Notes under the pieces: generated by a model
Told to the model about the DNA's origin: nothing
Databases searched by the model: none
Seen by the model: only the letters and a program-made list of their open reading frames with translations
Assembly: GCA_951406725.2 (NCBI GenBank)
Contig: OX597832.1
Coordinates: 21,142,001-21,206,000 of the forward strand
Reading direction: 5' to 3'
DNA: 64,000 nucleotides
Origin: Octopus vulgaris
Lineage: Eukaryota
Translations under genes and position numbers: made by a program
In this document: positions 27,192-40,590 of the stretch, piece by piece
How positions within the stretch are numbered: position 1 is the first letter of the stretch
Layout: each line of letters opens with the position of its first letter

Positions 27192-28382
27192 ATGTATATA
27201 TATACACACACACACATGTATATAGAAGATTTATACACAAAGAGGAAGGCCTTAACAGGTTGTCTCATATACTAGAAAGAACAGTCAAAAAGTCCAAACC
27301 ACATTTAAGAGCAATTTTAAGAAATATATATATGTACATATATATATATACATATACATGTATATATATATATGTATGTGTATGTGTGTGCGACAGCAAA
27401 CGTACATATCTAAAAATTAAACATGTTCCGAAACACGTAACCCTATCAGTAAACAGATACAAACACCTACAATATAACTTTAGATATATATCTATACACT
27501 ATGTATATACCAACATATATACCTAAGCACTATTTGGTTATCAAAATTGTTGAATGTGCACAAATTTTTTCCCCCACTAATATCAATGACCAATAAATAT
27601 CATAGTGAAGCTACTATTGGTTTTCTGTGACCTTGCTTTTAATCTCATTGTAGTACAAATTCTCGGTTTCCTTTGATGTGACCGACATGTGGCTCCAATC
27701 CATGTGTCGTCGTATCTTGCGTCATGTTACCATTAAGCGGTACCGAAAAATAACCATGATGTGAGTGACTTTGCTAATGAAGGACAGAGCCAGTGGTAAA
27801 ACGCAGAACTCAGAAGTCGAAAAGTGGTAACAATTACCACAAAAGACCTCCATCGATGTCCTAACAATCCCGCCAATCCACTGCCCAGCGCTGGCCTAGA
27901 CTGGACCTTTATTCATCAGTCTAGGAAAGAGGAAATGTGAAGATGACCACAGTAGGATTTCAAATCAGAATGCAGAAAGGATATCGCCCAAAAGCAGACT
28001 AAACATTCTGAAGCAAATGACAATGAAGATGGCTCTGTTTTTTATCTTGCATGACAACCAAACTGTTTACTATATATTCCATCCATTTTGACCCCTAATT
28101 AATTTTCCTGCATGAAAGAAAGGAAAAGCTAAAGTCTGGGGATCGTTTTGATAAAATGTTTGATAACAACTCGCAATCTACAATGACATTTTTTCGTCCG
28201 TCTTTACGTTTTGAGTTTAAATTCTGCTGAGATCGACTTCCAAGCCCATGATTCATTCTTTCTGGGTCGATAAAATAAGAACCAGCTGAGCACTGGGGGT
28301 CGACGTAATCGACTTAACCCCTTCCCAAAGACTGCTGTACTTCTGCCAATACTGGAAACCAATATTTAATGGCTTCGCGACA

Positions 28383-28686
28383 TCTTTATATATAAAAGTG
28401 AAGTTGTGTGAGTGTCTGTCTCCTACGATTTAGATTCCTAACTACTCCCACATTTTGCGGTGCAGTTTAACCAAAAGCGGGTATCTTATAGTCGTGATTC
28501 ATATCGAGCCCTTCTGGGTATTAGCACGCGTCTATGATAAGTCTACGATTTAAAAAAAAAAATTACCATCATTTTTTTCCCATTTTTAAGGCATTTTTTG
28601 CTATTATATAAGGGAAGTAACTCTCTAAAAATGCTTATATAGTTATTTCCCTTACAAACCCGAGCAACGCCGGGCAATACTGCTAG
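28383..28686 (+). mobile_element. Non-autonomous Helitron
   Basis: A|TCTTTATATATAAAAGTG start, hairpin CCCGAGCAACGCCGGG (28659-28674), CTAG end. The 3' ~130 bp is shared with 16240-16624. Confidence 0.8.
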
Positions 28687-29239
28687 GTTACTATAAAATG
28701 TAAATGAGGAAATATATAAAGACCCGTGCACCCGAAACAAAAAGAGACACCAAATGCAGAGAAAAAACATATAAACGAGGAAATGTTTAGATTCAACAGT
28801 TCCAGTAGTGTAAGAGTACACATTTTGTTAAACTCGGAGGTTAAAGAGCATCCCAGCTGATCGAAGTGTATTTGCAGTCTCGAAACTAAACAGTAGCGTA
28901 ATAAATCATTTTAGAAAACATTGTGTTCCGACGAAGTCACATAGTTTTAAAACTTAATCGATTGCAATGCTTGACTGCTGTTAAGATAATCGATCCTAGA
29001 ATTTTATCGGACGATAAATTAATGTCTCTCTCTCTTTACCAAATTATAATTGCTTTTGCACCCTTTTGTTTAGCAACAGGTTTAAGAAATTCGCAATTAA
29101 AATTGAAAATAACTTTTCCGTGACAAATTTGATTTTGAATTCGCCGATGCTGAAGTACACACACACACATACACACACACACGCGCGCACACACACACAC
29201 ATACACATGTATATATTTATATATATATATATGTCTGTG

Positions 29240-29306
<67 letters not shown>

Positions 29307-29502
29307 GTATGTATGTATATATATGTGTGTGTGTGTGTGTGTACGCGCGCGTCTGTGTATGTGTATGTGTGTATATATATATATATATGTATGTATTGCT
29401 CCAGTTCACTCGTGTGTGGGGGCGTGTGTGTGTGCATATGTGTGAGTTCGTATGTGCGTTCGTGCTTGTGTGTGTGTGTGTGAGAGAGTGTGTGTGTGTG
29501 TA

Positions 29503-29560
<58 letters not shown>

Positions 29561-29837
29561 TGTGCGCGCGTGCATTTGTCTGTGAGTTCGTGGTAGCGTT
29601 GGTGCAGCAGCTGGCGGCGGATGTCCCTATGGATCCAGTTAATCGATCGACTGAATTAGCTACTCCTAAATTAACAAGTAAGTAATTCAACAATTCTAAG
29701 ACATAGTTTTCAGCCAGATACACTGTGATTCATTGTATTAAAAACTATACGTTATGAAATTTCAGGAATCGAAATAAATTCCGGCTTATTGCGTCTTTAG
29801 GGCCGCACAAGACACTTTAATATTATTCTTGCTACTA

Positions 29838-30490
29838 AAGCGGCGAGCTGGCAGAATCGTTAGCACGTCGGGCAAAATGCTTAGCGGCATTTTGCTAATC
29901 TTTACGTTCTGAGTTCGAATTTCGCCGAGTTCGACTTTGCATTTCATCTTTTCGGAGGTACCTATTTCTTTACTTCCCACAAGCGGCTAAACACAGAGAG
30001 GTCAAACAAGGACAGACACACGGATTAAGTCGATTATATTGACCCCAGTGCATAACTGGTACTTATTTAATCGACCTCGAAAGGATGAAAGGCAAATTTG
30101 ACCTCGGTGGAATTTGAACTCAGAACGTAGCGACAGACGAAATACTGCTAAGCATTTCGCCCGGCGTGCCAACGTTTCTGCCAGCTCGCCGCCCTATGAA
30201 ATAGGTACCAGCTGATTTCTGGGGTCGAAGTAATAATGTACACCTTCTTTCGAAAATTTTGGCCATGTACCAAAATGTGAGCTGGCAGAATCGTTAGCAC
30301 GCCAGGCAAAATGCTTAGCAGCATTTTTCGTTCGTTTTTGCGTCTCGAGTTCAAATTTGGACGGGGTTGACTTCGCCTTTCATCTTTCCGGACTCGATAA
30401 AATAAGTACCTGTTGAGTATTCGGGTTGATGTAATCGATTTAGCCCCGACCCCGAACTTGCTGGCTTTGTGCCAAAATTTGAAGTCAGTA
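29838..30490. mobile_element. Cluster of SINE family B: a minus-strand copy (~29960-30195) nested in a plus-strand copy, then another plus-strand copy
   Basis: Plus-strand head 29838-29957 stops, an inverted full copy follows, the plus-strand body resumes at ~30203 (AGGTACCAG), and a new head starts at ~30278. Confidence 0.8.
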
Positions 30491-30520
30491 TAATTCTAGC
30501 AACTAATCTTACTTGTCATA

Positions 30521-30935
30521 TACTCTTTTACTTGTTTCAGTCATTTGACTGTGGCCATGCTGGAGCACCGCCTTTAGTCGAGCAAATCGACCCCAGGACT
30601 TATTCTTTGTAAGCCTAGTACTTATTCTATCGGACGCTTTCACCGAACCGCTAAGTTACGGGGACGTAAACACACCAGCATCGGTTGTCAAGCGATGTCG
30701 GGGGGGGGGGGAGACACAGACACACAAACATACTCACACATATATATATATACATATATATATACATATATACATCAGGCTTCTTTCAGTTTCCGTCTAC
30801 CGAATCCACTCACAAGGATTTGGTTGGCTCGAGGCTATAGCAGAAGACACTTGCCCAAGGTGCCACGCTGTGGGACTGAACCCGGAACCATGTGGTTGGT
30901 AAGCAAGCTACTTACCACACAGCCACTCCTACGCC
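30521..30935 (-). mobile_element. SINE family A, full length, close to consensus
   Basis: Complete head-to-tail match to family A. Confidence 0.9.
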
Positions 30936-31830
30936 TATATGAATAAATAATGATAGCAACAACAACAGCAACGACAAAATCCAGCATCTACCGTAAGTTC
31001 TGCTCGATCTGTACTACCGTGGGGCTGGAGTAACATCTGGCTGGTCCTCACCGAAATTAAAAATATTAATCAAATAAATGAAGCTATGAGACTAGAGTTA
31101 ACAAGATATTTTTCCATCGGCTTATTACCTCGTCCTAATAACCTGGATTCTTTGTATATTTTCGTTTCTGAGGCACCAGTTAATTATCATAACTAATTAA
31201 CATAAAGCCAGTCAACTGTGATATTAAAGCGAACCACAGATGGCAAGGTAATAAGTATAATGATAGTATGTAAACAGGAAGAATGGGGAAGGACAGACAG
31301 ACAGAGAGAATATTGAAAGTAAAACAGAATAGTAATGGTACGTGCTCGACTAGTTCTATCATACATCGCTCCGTTTATGACGAATCTAATATTATTTCGA
31401 TAAATATCACATTCTCGAACGAAGTAGCGCAGATACTTTCAAGGGAAATAATTCCCGTATATTTTGAAAGAGTAATTTCCCTTAGCAATTCGTGTTTATG
31501 TGCGTGCGTGTGTGCGTGCGTGCGTGCGTGCTTGTGTGTGTGAGAGAGTAGGGGGCAAGGTGTGTATGCGTGTGTGCGTTAAAAAATGGCAACGAAATGG
31601 TCATCAGATTAAGGAAACCGTGAGTCCAAAGAGACGTATACATTAAGACGGGCTATCACATGATTGAGAGAGTGCTTTAAAGCTTCTACCGTTTTCAAAT
31701 TGAAACGCATACACACACACGTGTTGTTTAATATACATGTATTATATATATCAAATAATATTTATCTCCATAGGGCGGCGAGCTGGTAGAATCGTTAGCA
31801 CATTGGACGAAGTGCTTCACGGAACAGTAC

Positions 31831-31890
<60 letters not shown>

Positions 31891-31897
<7 letters not shown>

Positions 31898-32268
31898 ATA
31901 TTTCGGAATGGTCATATTGCCAGTTTAGCCAATAAAAACACATGCACTATACATTTGGTGTTATTTTGCTTCAGTGATATTTATTTTTTACATTAATCTT
32001 AATCTTATTTCGGCCAAAGTTCTTTCGTCTCACTCCTGTGACCGCATCAGTGGTCCTTTGTTTTCTTCTCACTTATTTGTGTCTCTCCGTACTAACCGTA
32101 ATGTAAGATTAATGTAAAAAAATAAATATCACTGAAGCAAAATAACACCAAATATATAGTGCGTGTGTTTTTAGTAGCTAAACTGGCAATATGACCATTC
32201 GAAATATAACAATATCTGTTTCAACACACGACTTCACATAAAAAATCTTGCACAACAAATATTTAAAC

Positions 32269-32270
<2 letters not shown>
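31891..32270 (-). mobile_element. TA-embedded fold-back element (likely Penelope pLTR-type remnant) with ~110-bp inverted arms
   Basis: 31891-32001 is the reverse complement of 32104-32214. Second copy at 52247-52520. CTGATG..stem..GAAA core between the arms. Confidence 0.7.
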
Positions 32271-32331
<61 letters not shown>

Positions 32332-32421
32332 CATACATACATAAATGCATACATATAGATATAGATAAACTTACTTGGAAATGGATGCGTGGCGTTCAAT
32401 CAAATAATAATATAAATAATA

Positions 32422-32500
<79 letters not shown>

Positions 32501-32512
32501 GTTACATATTAC

Positions 32513-32560
<48 letters not shown>

Positions 32561-32565
<5 letters not shown>

Positions 32566-32845
32566 CAATTGCAGCGTGGAAGATGTTTATAAGCCATTTA
32601 AGAAACACACAAAAGCCGTTCGATTCACTTCAACATTTAAGTTTAATTTGTCAAAATATTTTCGTCGCTAAAATCCGCGACCTGTTCACTGACAAAAATC
32701 TGTGCTGCAGCACTTAAACTTAAATGTTGAAGTGAATCGAACGATTTCTGTGTGTTTCTTAAATATATAAACATCTTCCACGCTGCAATTGTTTTCGTTT
32801 CAGCACACGATCTCTGATCAAATTACTTGCTATGCGAGTACATCT

Positions 32846-32850
<5 letters not shown>
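32561..32850 (-). mobile_element. Second, sequence-unrelated TA-embedded fold-back element with ~83-bp inverted arms
   Basis: 32562-32645 is the reverse complement of 32715-32795; (TA)n on both sides. Confidence 0.7.
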
Positions 32851-32882
<32 letters not shown>

Positions 32883-32897
32883 TTACAAATAAGAAAC

Positions 32898-32961
<64 letters not shown>

Positions 32962-33306
32962 CATAGTTTCTTATTTGCGAACGGCAAAGCTCCGACACAG
33001 GTTATTAAATGGTGGAGGCAGAAAAGCCTCACGCACACATACATTTTTCACATGTCACATATATGCTTTCCCCACCTCGTACCTCATCTCTCTTACACAC
33101 ATCCGCGCTCGCAATTTATCCAGTTACAAGCCTCCAGAGATGTCTCCTGTTTCAGTATACATTCCCCTCTTACTCACACTCGCTCGATCCCTCCCTGAAA
33201 TTAGTCTCAAAATCCCCGTAAAGAACCGTCGCCACTGCTTTTCCTACTGAGAAAAAGATAAAATAATACTTAGTTTCTTCGGTGTTATCATTTATCAATA
33301 TTATGA

Positions 33307-33500
33307 CGGCGAGCTGGCTGAATCGTTAGCACACCAGGCAAAATGTTTCACAGCATTTCGTCCGTCTTTATGTTCTGAGTTCGAATTCCGCTAACGTTGA
33401 CTTTACCTTTTATCGTTTTGAGGGTTGACAAAATACGTGTCAGTTGAGCATTGGGATCGATGTAATGGAATTGAAAGCCTTGTGCTGAATTTGAAATCAA
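33307..33500 (+). mobile_element. SINE family B, short-tail, diverged
   Basis: GGCGAGCTGGCTGAATCGTTAGCAC head, GAGTTCGAATTCC B-box. Confidence 0.78.
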
Positions 33501-34152
33501 TATTTACCAAAGTTCTTGGAGTTTTGTACAGTTTTCATTGGCACATGCTTACATTGCTTTAATTAACAGAAACCTTATTTGCTGTTGATCATCGTTAAAG
33601 AATAAGTCGGGGAAAGGGACGATTAATTGTAGCTGCTTAGATGCTGACGATTTGAGGCTCAAACCGATTTGGTGACAGTACCTTATGGCACTGGGGACAT
33701 ACCCGCAGACATTCGCATGGGTGCACATACAGATACACATGTGGATAAAGACAGTATTTAACAGGGAGAGAAGGAGAGAGAAAGAAGGAGAGGGAGAGGA
33801 ACATTACTTGTACATATAAACATGACTAGATATCCACACGCATTAACACACACGCACAAAGAAAAGAGACAGACAGGCATACGGAGGGGCAAACAGACAG
33901 ACAAAACGAGAGATACTTTAAGACGTCTGATGTCAAATAATTCAGCGTCGAATTAGTGACGCCGAATAGGTGACACCAAAACAGCTTTGCCAAAACGTCT
34001 CATATTCGTAAAATAGTATTTGTTTATGATTTCACGTACTGAAGACTGTTTGTAAGAATCTCTAAATTAAATCGTCGTGGATGTTATTTTGTTAAATAAC
34101 AATATTCGCATTCAAACTATCACGATATTTTGGAAAATTTTTAACATAAATA

Positions 34153-34688
<536 letters not shown>

Positions 34689-34884
34689 TAAAACAAAGGT
34701 ACAATAGTAACAGTTGAAAAAATAATGTTTAACGTAGAGGAAATAGTTCTAATACAATTACAGCAGAGATTAATCGTTCCATAATATATGCGAGGGAAAT
34801 TTTGGAAAAGGGGGACAGTCGATATCATGGACACCAATGCATAACAGAAAAGACGAAAAGCAAAGTCAACCCAGGTGGAATGTA

Positions 34885-35485
34885 GTACCTATTACTGTAC
34901 TACCCACAAGGGGCTAGAGGACAAACAAGGACAGACACACAGATTAAGTCGATTATATCGACCCCATTGCGTAACTGGTACTTATTTAATCGACCGCGAA
35001 AGGATGAAAGGCAAAGTCGACCTCGGCGGAATTTGAACTCAGAACGTAACGGCAGACGAAATACCTATTACTTTACTACCCACAAAGGGCTAAACACAGA
35101 GAGGGACAAAACAAGGACAGACACACCGATTAAGTCGATTATATCGACCCCAGTGCGTAACTGGTACTTATTTAATCGACCCCAAAAGGATGAAAGGCAA
35201 AGTCGACAACGGCGGAATTTGAACTCAGAACGTAACGGCAGACGAAATACCTATTACTTTACTACCCACAAGGGGCTAAACACAGAGAGGGACAAACAAG
35301 GACAGACACACCGATTAAGTCGATTATATCGACCCCGGTGCGTAACTGGTACTTATTTAATCGACCCCCAAAAGGATGAAAGGCGAAGTCGACCTCGGCG
35401 GAATTTGAATTCAGAACCTAACGCAGACGAAATACCGCTAAGCATTTCGCCCGGCGTGCTAATGTTTCTGCCAGCTTGCCGCCTT
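34885..35485 (-). mobile_element. Head-to-tail trimer of SINE family B (186-bp period)
   Basis: Three bodies and one head. Junction GAAATACCTATT at 35058 and 35244. Confidence 0.88.
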
Positions 35486-35606
35486 AATTAATTGTAGTAA
35501 AAATCCTTTTACTAAAGTTGTTGGAGGAGAAGACTAGTGTATTCGAGGAAGAATGAACAGAGATCAGTATAGAGTTAAATATATATATATATATATATAT
35601 GTATAT

Positions 35607-35925
35607 ATCCTTAAATCCTTAAATCCTTTAAAACGTTTTAGCCCGAAGGCCGCGGTCATGCTGGGGCACCACCGCTGAATGAGCTACACTAATATGTGAA
35701 TCCACCTCTGATACGTGGCACTTGGTCAACAAGGGAGTTCTATGCCGCTGCCCGTATCTGTATCTCTTGTCGTGAGGTAGGTTCATCTGGGACCCCCGAC
35801 AAGAAGAGATCCAGTTTAGTTTTAAAGAAACCCACATCCATAACATGCAAGTCTCTCACGCATTTAGAGAGGATGTTAAAGAGCTGTGGTCCTCTGAACC
35901 CAAGCTGTTGCAGTATCTGGTCCTG
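35607..35925 (-). mobile_element. 3' end of a CR1/Jockey-group LINE with 3' UTR and (AAGGATTT)n tail
   Basis: LGFRGPQLFNILSKCVRDL..FKTKLDLFLSGVPDEPT..RAAA is a typical ORF2 C-terminus. It is followed by a short UTR and tandem tail and sits between (TA)n tracts. Confidence 0.78.
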
Positions 35926-36689
35926 TATATATATATATATATAGTGTGATTCATTAGATTGAAACTCATTCCGGACTGAGCTAGTGATAGACAAGTTCCC
36001 TGAAGTGGCCTATATCTGTATAGTGAGTTACTATATGTATTTTCAATGCGTATCTCTGCTGCGTTAGTTCTGAGTTAAAATAAGAATTTAATAGAATGGC
36101 TTCTATATCAGGTTATTTGATTTCCATGTCAAATATTAAATAAATGGAAAATTTAATAATTAACTATATTTTAGCGTCAAACATTAACACTCAATTTTTT
36201 CACCCGCTGAAAGAGAAGGAAAAGAAATTGTATTGAGAGTCATTTCCCTTGACAGGGGGCATAACACAATCTCAGTATATAGGCCATTTTCAAGGGAAAC
36301 AACTCATTAACACCTCTTGAGTTATTTCCCTTATTACATAATTCTATTTTACTTAAAATTATTTTTGTGTGTGTGTATCTTTTGCTCGTCAGTATATTCC
36401 AATTTGTAAATTTTTTTTCTATTAAATTTCTACACATTATGAGGTAAACACTGGAAATGATTACGGGGCCTCATCTTGTTTTGTAAGTAACCCAATAAAT
36501 AAACGAGGCTAATGTTTAATGTTAAATATAGCGAAATCCTGACAGTGAAATACATTTCGTAACGAGGTATGGTTACGAATGCTCTCTCTCTCTCTCTCTC
36601 TCTCTCTCTAACTTTTATATATATTTTAGCTTTCTCTCTATCATATTTTTTTCTTTTTTACAAAAGCCCCTAATTAACCTCCTCACTTT

Positions 36690-36892
36690 AGTCACAAGGA
36701 CAACAATTTCAGAGACGGCGGCAGGACGATGACACCGATCCCAGTTCACGATTGGTACTTATTTTATCGATCTCGAAAGGATGACAAGCAAAGTCGACCA
36801 AGGTGGAATTTGAACTCAGAACTTCAAGACGAACAAAATGCTGCTAAGCAATTTTCCAGGTGTGGTAACGATTCTGCCAGTTCACCACCTTA
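36690..36892 (-). mobile_element. SINE family B, diverged
   Basis: GGAATTTGAACTCAGAAC and GATTCTGCCAGTTCACCACCTT match the family-B reverse complement. Confidence 0.75.
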
Positions 36893-37207
36893 ACCCCACA
36901 AATTAATATCCACCCCTTATAAAGCAATAGTTTCCGATTTAGACACCCTACCAGCATTTCTTCCGGGTAGGATTGCATCAAGACACGTAGAAGAGGTTTA
37001 TTATTTTTATTTTATTAATTAACCTCGAAAGAATGCAAGGTAACTTTGATCATGGTGTCATTTGAACTCAGATGGTTAAAATCCAGAATGTATAAGAAAA
37101 TACCGACGCTTTAGCAATCCTGCCAACACTCTGCCATCGCTGGAAAATAGCAACGAGACTTATTTCCCTTTGCACATAAAGATTTCCTGACAACCTTAAG
37201 CGATCTG

Positions 37208-37258
<51 letters not shown>

Positions 37259-37389
37259 ATATATATACACACACACATTCTAGATATACATATCCGATTC
37301 TACTCTCCTCTCTCTCTCTCACTCTCTCTATCTGTCTGTTTCTTACTTTCTTTCTCGCTTTTTCTTACTTTCTTTCTCTCTCTTTCTTC

Positions 37390-37420
<31 letters not shown>

Positions 37421-38314
37421 ATTATCTTTCTCCTTCTCTCACGCTCAGTGTTTGTCTATCTGTCTGTCTGTCTGTTTCACTCTCTTTTCTCTCTCTCTTT
37501 CTCCCTCTCTCTCTCTCTCTCTCTCTCTATCAATCTATCTGTCTATCTCCAACTTTCTTTCTTCCTCTCACACTCTTCTTTCTTTCTCTCTCTCAGTATC
37601 TTTTGCCTCTATCACACACTCAGTGTCTGTCTCTCTATCTAGCTACCTCTCTCTCTCACTCACTCTCTCATACATCATCTGTGCATTAATTAACTGACAG
37701 TTTCTCACCTTCGCAATCATTTTCTAACGAGTTCAGACACCTGCTTTTATTTTCGCGGGTCGAGCGAATATCTTTAAAATGATGTCTTCTTAAATTGACA
37801 GAGCTCCTCTCCACCCATTATCGCCATCGATTTGGCCATTTAAATCCCTTTGCCAAGAAAAGAAATTTTCATGTGTGTTCAAATTCCGCCAAAGGTTTCT
37901 TTGCCTTTCATCCTTACCGGGATCGATAAATTATGTACCAGTTAAACACTGGCGCGAAAGCTACGTTGTTATACTCATTCCGTAAGCGGTGGCTTTTAAC
38001 GGGTGGCGAGCTGAACCATCCTGGGGTACAGAGGATTCGTAATCTAGACTAGGGTCTGAAAGTTTACCACACCATAGTGGGTTACACCATAGTTCCTCAG
38101 CTTTGTGGCAGAAGTAGGAAGAAAGAGTGAGAGAAAGTTGTGGTGAAAGAATACAGCGGGGTTCACCACTACCCCAACCGGAGCTCGTGTAGCTTAGGTG
38201 TTTTTGTTCAATAAACACTCACAATGCCCGGTCTGGGAATCGAAAGCGCGTTCTTGCGAGTCCACTGCCCTAACCACTGGGCCATTGCGCCTCACTGCTG
38301 CTGCTGTTGTTAAA

Positions 38315-38530
38315 CTGGTTAGCTGGCAGAATCATTAGCACACCAAATACAATGCTTGGCGGTATTTCATCTGTTGCGACGTTCTGAGTTCAAATACCAG
38401 CGAGACTGATTAGACCATTCATCCTTTTGAGGTCGATAAAATAAGGACCTGTTGAAGTACTGGGGTCGATATAATCGACTAACTCCCTCACCACAAAATT
38501 TCAGGTCTTCGGCATATATTAGAAAGGATT
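38315..38530 (+). mobile_element. SINE family B, short-tail
   Basis: AGCTGGCAGAATCATTAGCAC head, GAGTTCAAAT B-box, tail AGAAAGGATT. Confidence 0.75.
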
Positions 38531-38534
38531 TTCA

Positions 38535-38580
38535 GTAGGTAGTAGTAGTAGTAGTTGTTGTTGTTGTTGTTGTTGTTGTT

Positions 38581-38660
<80 letters not shown>
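38535..38660. repeat. Compound (GTA)n(GTT)n(GTA)n microsatellite
   Basis: Direct inspection. Confidence 0.95.
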
Positions 38661-39200
38661 CATCAAAGTGACACTGGGGTAAAATATACGAAACCCAGTA
38701 TAACCATCATGACTACCCGTCTGATAAGGGTACACCAGGTACATGCATCACAACCACATGTGCGTGACATGGTAATTTCACATCATGATAAGTAGCACAT
38801 GACCTTATAGGTGGGGCCCAGTTAGAATTTTCTTCAGGTCGTGTAGCCCATCCGGCTCAAAATGTTCCTGAATAAGAGTTGTTTGAAAATGTTGAACGAA
38901 ACACCCATTTTTCCAGAGGTAAATTATTCAAACCCCAAAGAATCCCTCAAAGGTGAATTATCCAAATCCGAAAGAATTCCTCTCAACACATGGCTATAAT
39001 GCTCCCCCACATATCGTCAGCCACTAAGGGACATGCTCAACTGATTAAGGTCAAACAACTGACAAGCAATACGGTAGTATTGAGCAGAATATTTGCTGTA
39101 GCCCATCTTTTATACCAAAACAAAACAACGTACATGATAACACTTCCAATCAGTTAAGATCAGAATCCACGAGAGCCACTGCCTGGAACTGCATCAGGGC

Positions 39201-39270
<70 letters not shown>

Positions 39271-40519
39271 CACCATCATACATACATATATCTTTATATG
39301 TATGGATTAAAGTCATAGAGTGCTTTCATTTACATATTTGTGGTCTCACCACATAAAGTTAAAGCAAGAATCTATATAGATTTTCGAATCGTTAAAGTCT
39401 CCTTATAAACCGACCAAAATCATAAAAACGATAATAGTGTATTACATAGTTATCGTTTTTCATAACTAATTTCGTACAAATTTAGAAAATATCAATAGCA
39501 GAAAGCGTCACATTCACCAGCTGTGTGCTTTTTGGCGACATCTCAACTAAAAGACACAAGCGTTGGAGTTTGTTACTAAGAAACGTTGATACGAGATGTT
39601 CGCGTGTTCGATTCCGATGAGAGTATGTTTCGTTTTATTTTATTTCAGAAAATAAATGTAATGAATATACATTATCTCAATTTAGTCAATCATTATATTA
39701 TTTTACCATATTAATTAGTCACACCTTTTACTGCTTTCCACGATTCAATTTTTAACTAATGTGGGTTTCAGAGTTATCACCCTTATTATTCCTGATGAAA
39801 ATTATCATTAAGGCTAATGATTTGACACTGAATTACGTATGAATTTTCATTGATAAAAAACGATGGGTGTGTCGTGGCTTAGTGGTTATGGTGTTGCACA
39901 AACACAATGAAGTTCTAGACACGATTCCTGTCCTGGTGGAGCGTAGTGTTCTTCAGTATCACACTTTATTTTATGGAGCTCCATTCTGCTCATGAAAGTG
40001 AATACCACTGGGTGTTGGTACCATCCTTACTCATTGAAACTTACATGCAAAACTATAAAAAGAGATCCTTAATTTTCGCACTCAAACACGTATGACTTGA
40101 CAACATCTACAACCTTTACATTGTTTTAACTTGCCTATGTAGCTGTGAACAGTCATAGATACACACTTGGATTTAACATATTTCACTGAACAAACTATCA
40201 AAGATGTGAAACCTGGAGAGGGACTTGTTAGAACCAGTAATCGGCTGATCGTCATTATCAACAAAGACGACAGGAGCAAATGATATGAAATACATTTCCC
40301 AAAGACACAACACGCCGACCAGTTTAGGCATCGGATACACAATTTTAATATGAGTCCATAATAGAGGCCAAGTGACCTCTGCGATCTGGCAGAATGGGTT
40401 AGTACGCCGGGCGAAATGCTTAACGGTATTTCGTTTGTCTCTACGTTCTGAGTTTAAATTCCGCCGAGATCGACTTTGCCTTTCATTCTTTCGGGGGTCA
40501 CTAAACTGATAGAAGCCCG

Positions 40520-40584
<65 letters not shown>

Positions 40585-40590
<6 letters not shown>

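Noticed and set aside
38685-38740. CGAAAC...CTGATAAG as a possible type II hammerhead
   Set aside because: The core reads CUGAUAA rather than CUGANGA, and I could not build the required stems.
40150-40283. Protein-like open stretch IDTHLDLTYFTEQTIKDVKPGEGLVRTSNRLIVIINKDDRSK* on the plus strand
   Set aside because: Weak acceptor, no recognisable homology, and a length expected by chance.
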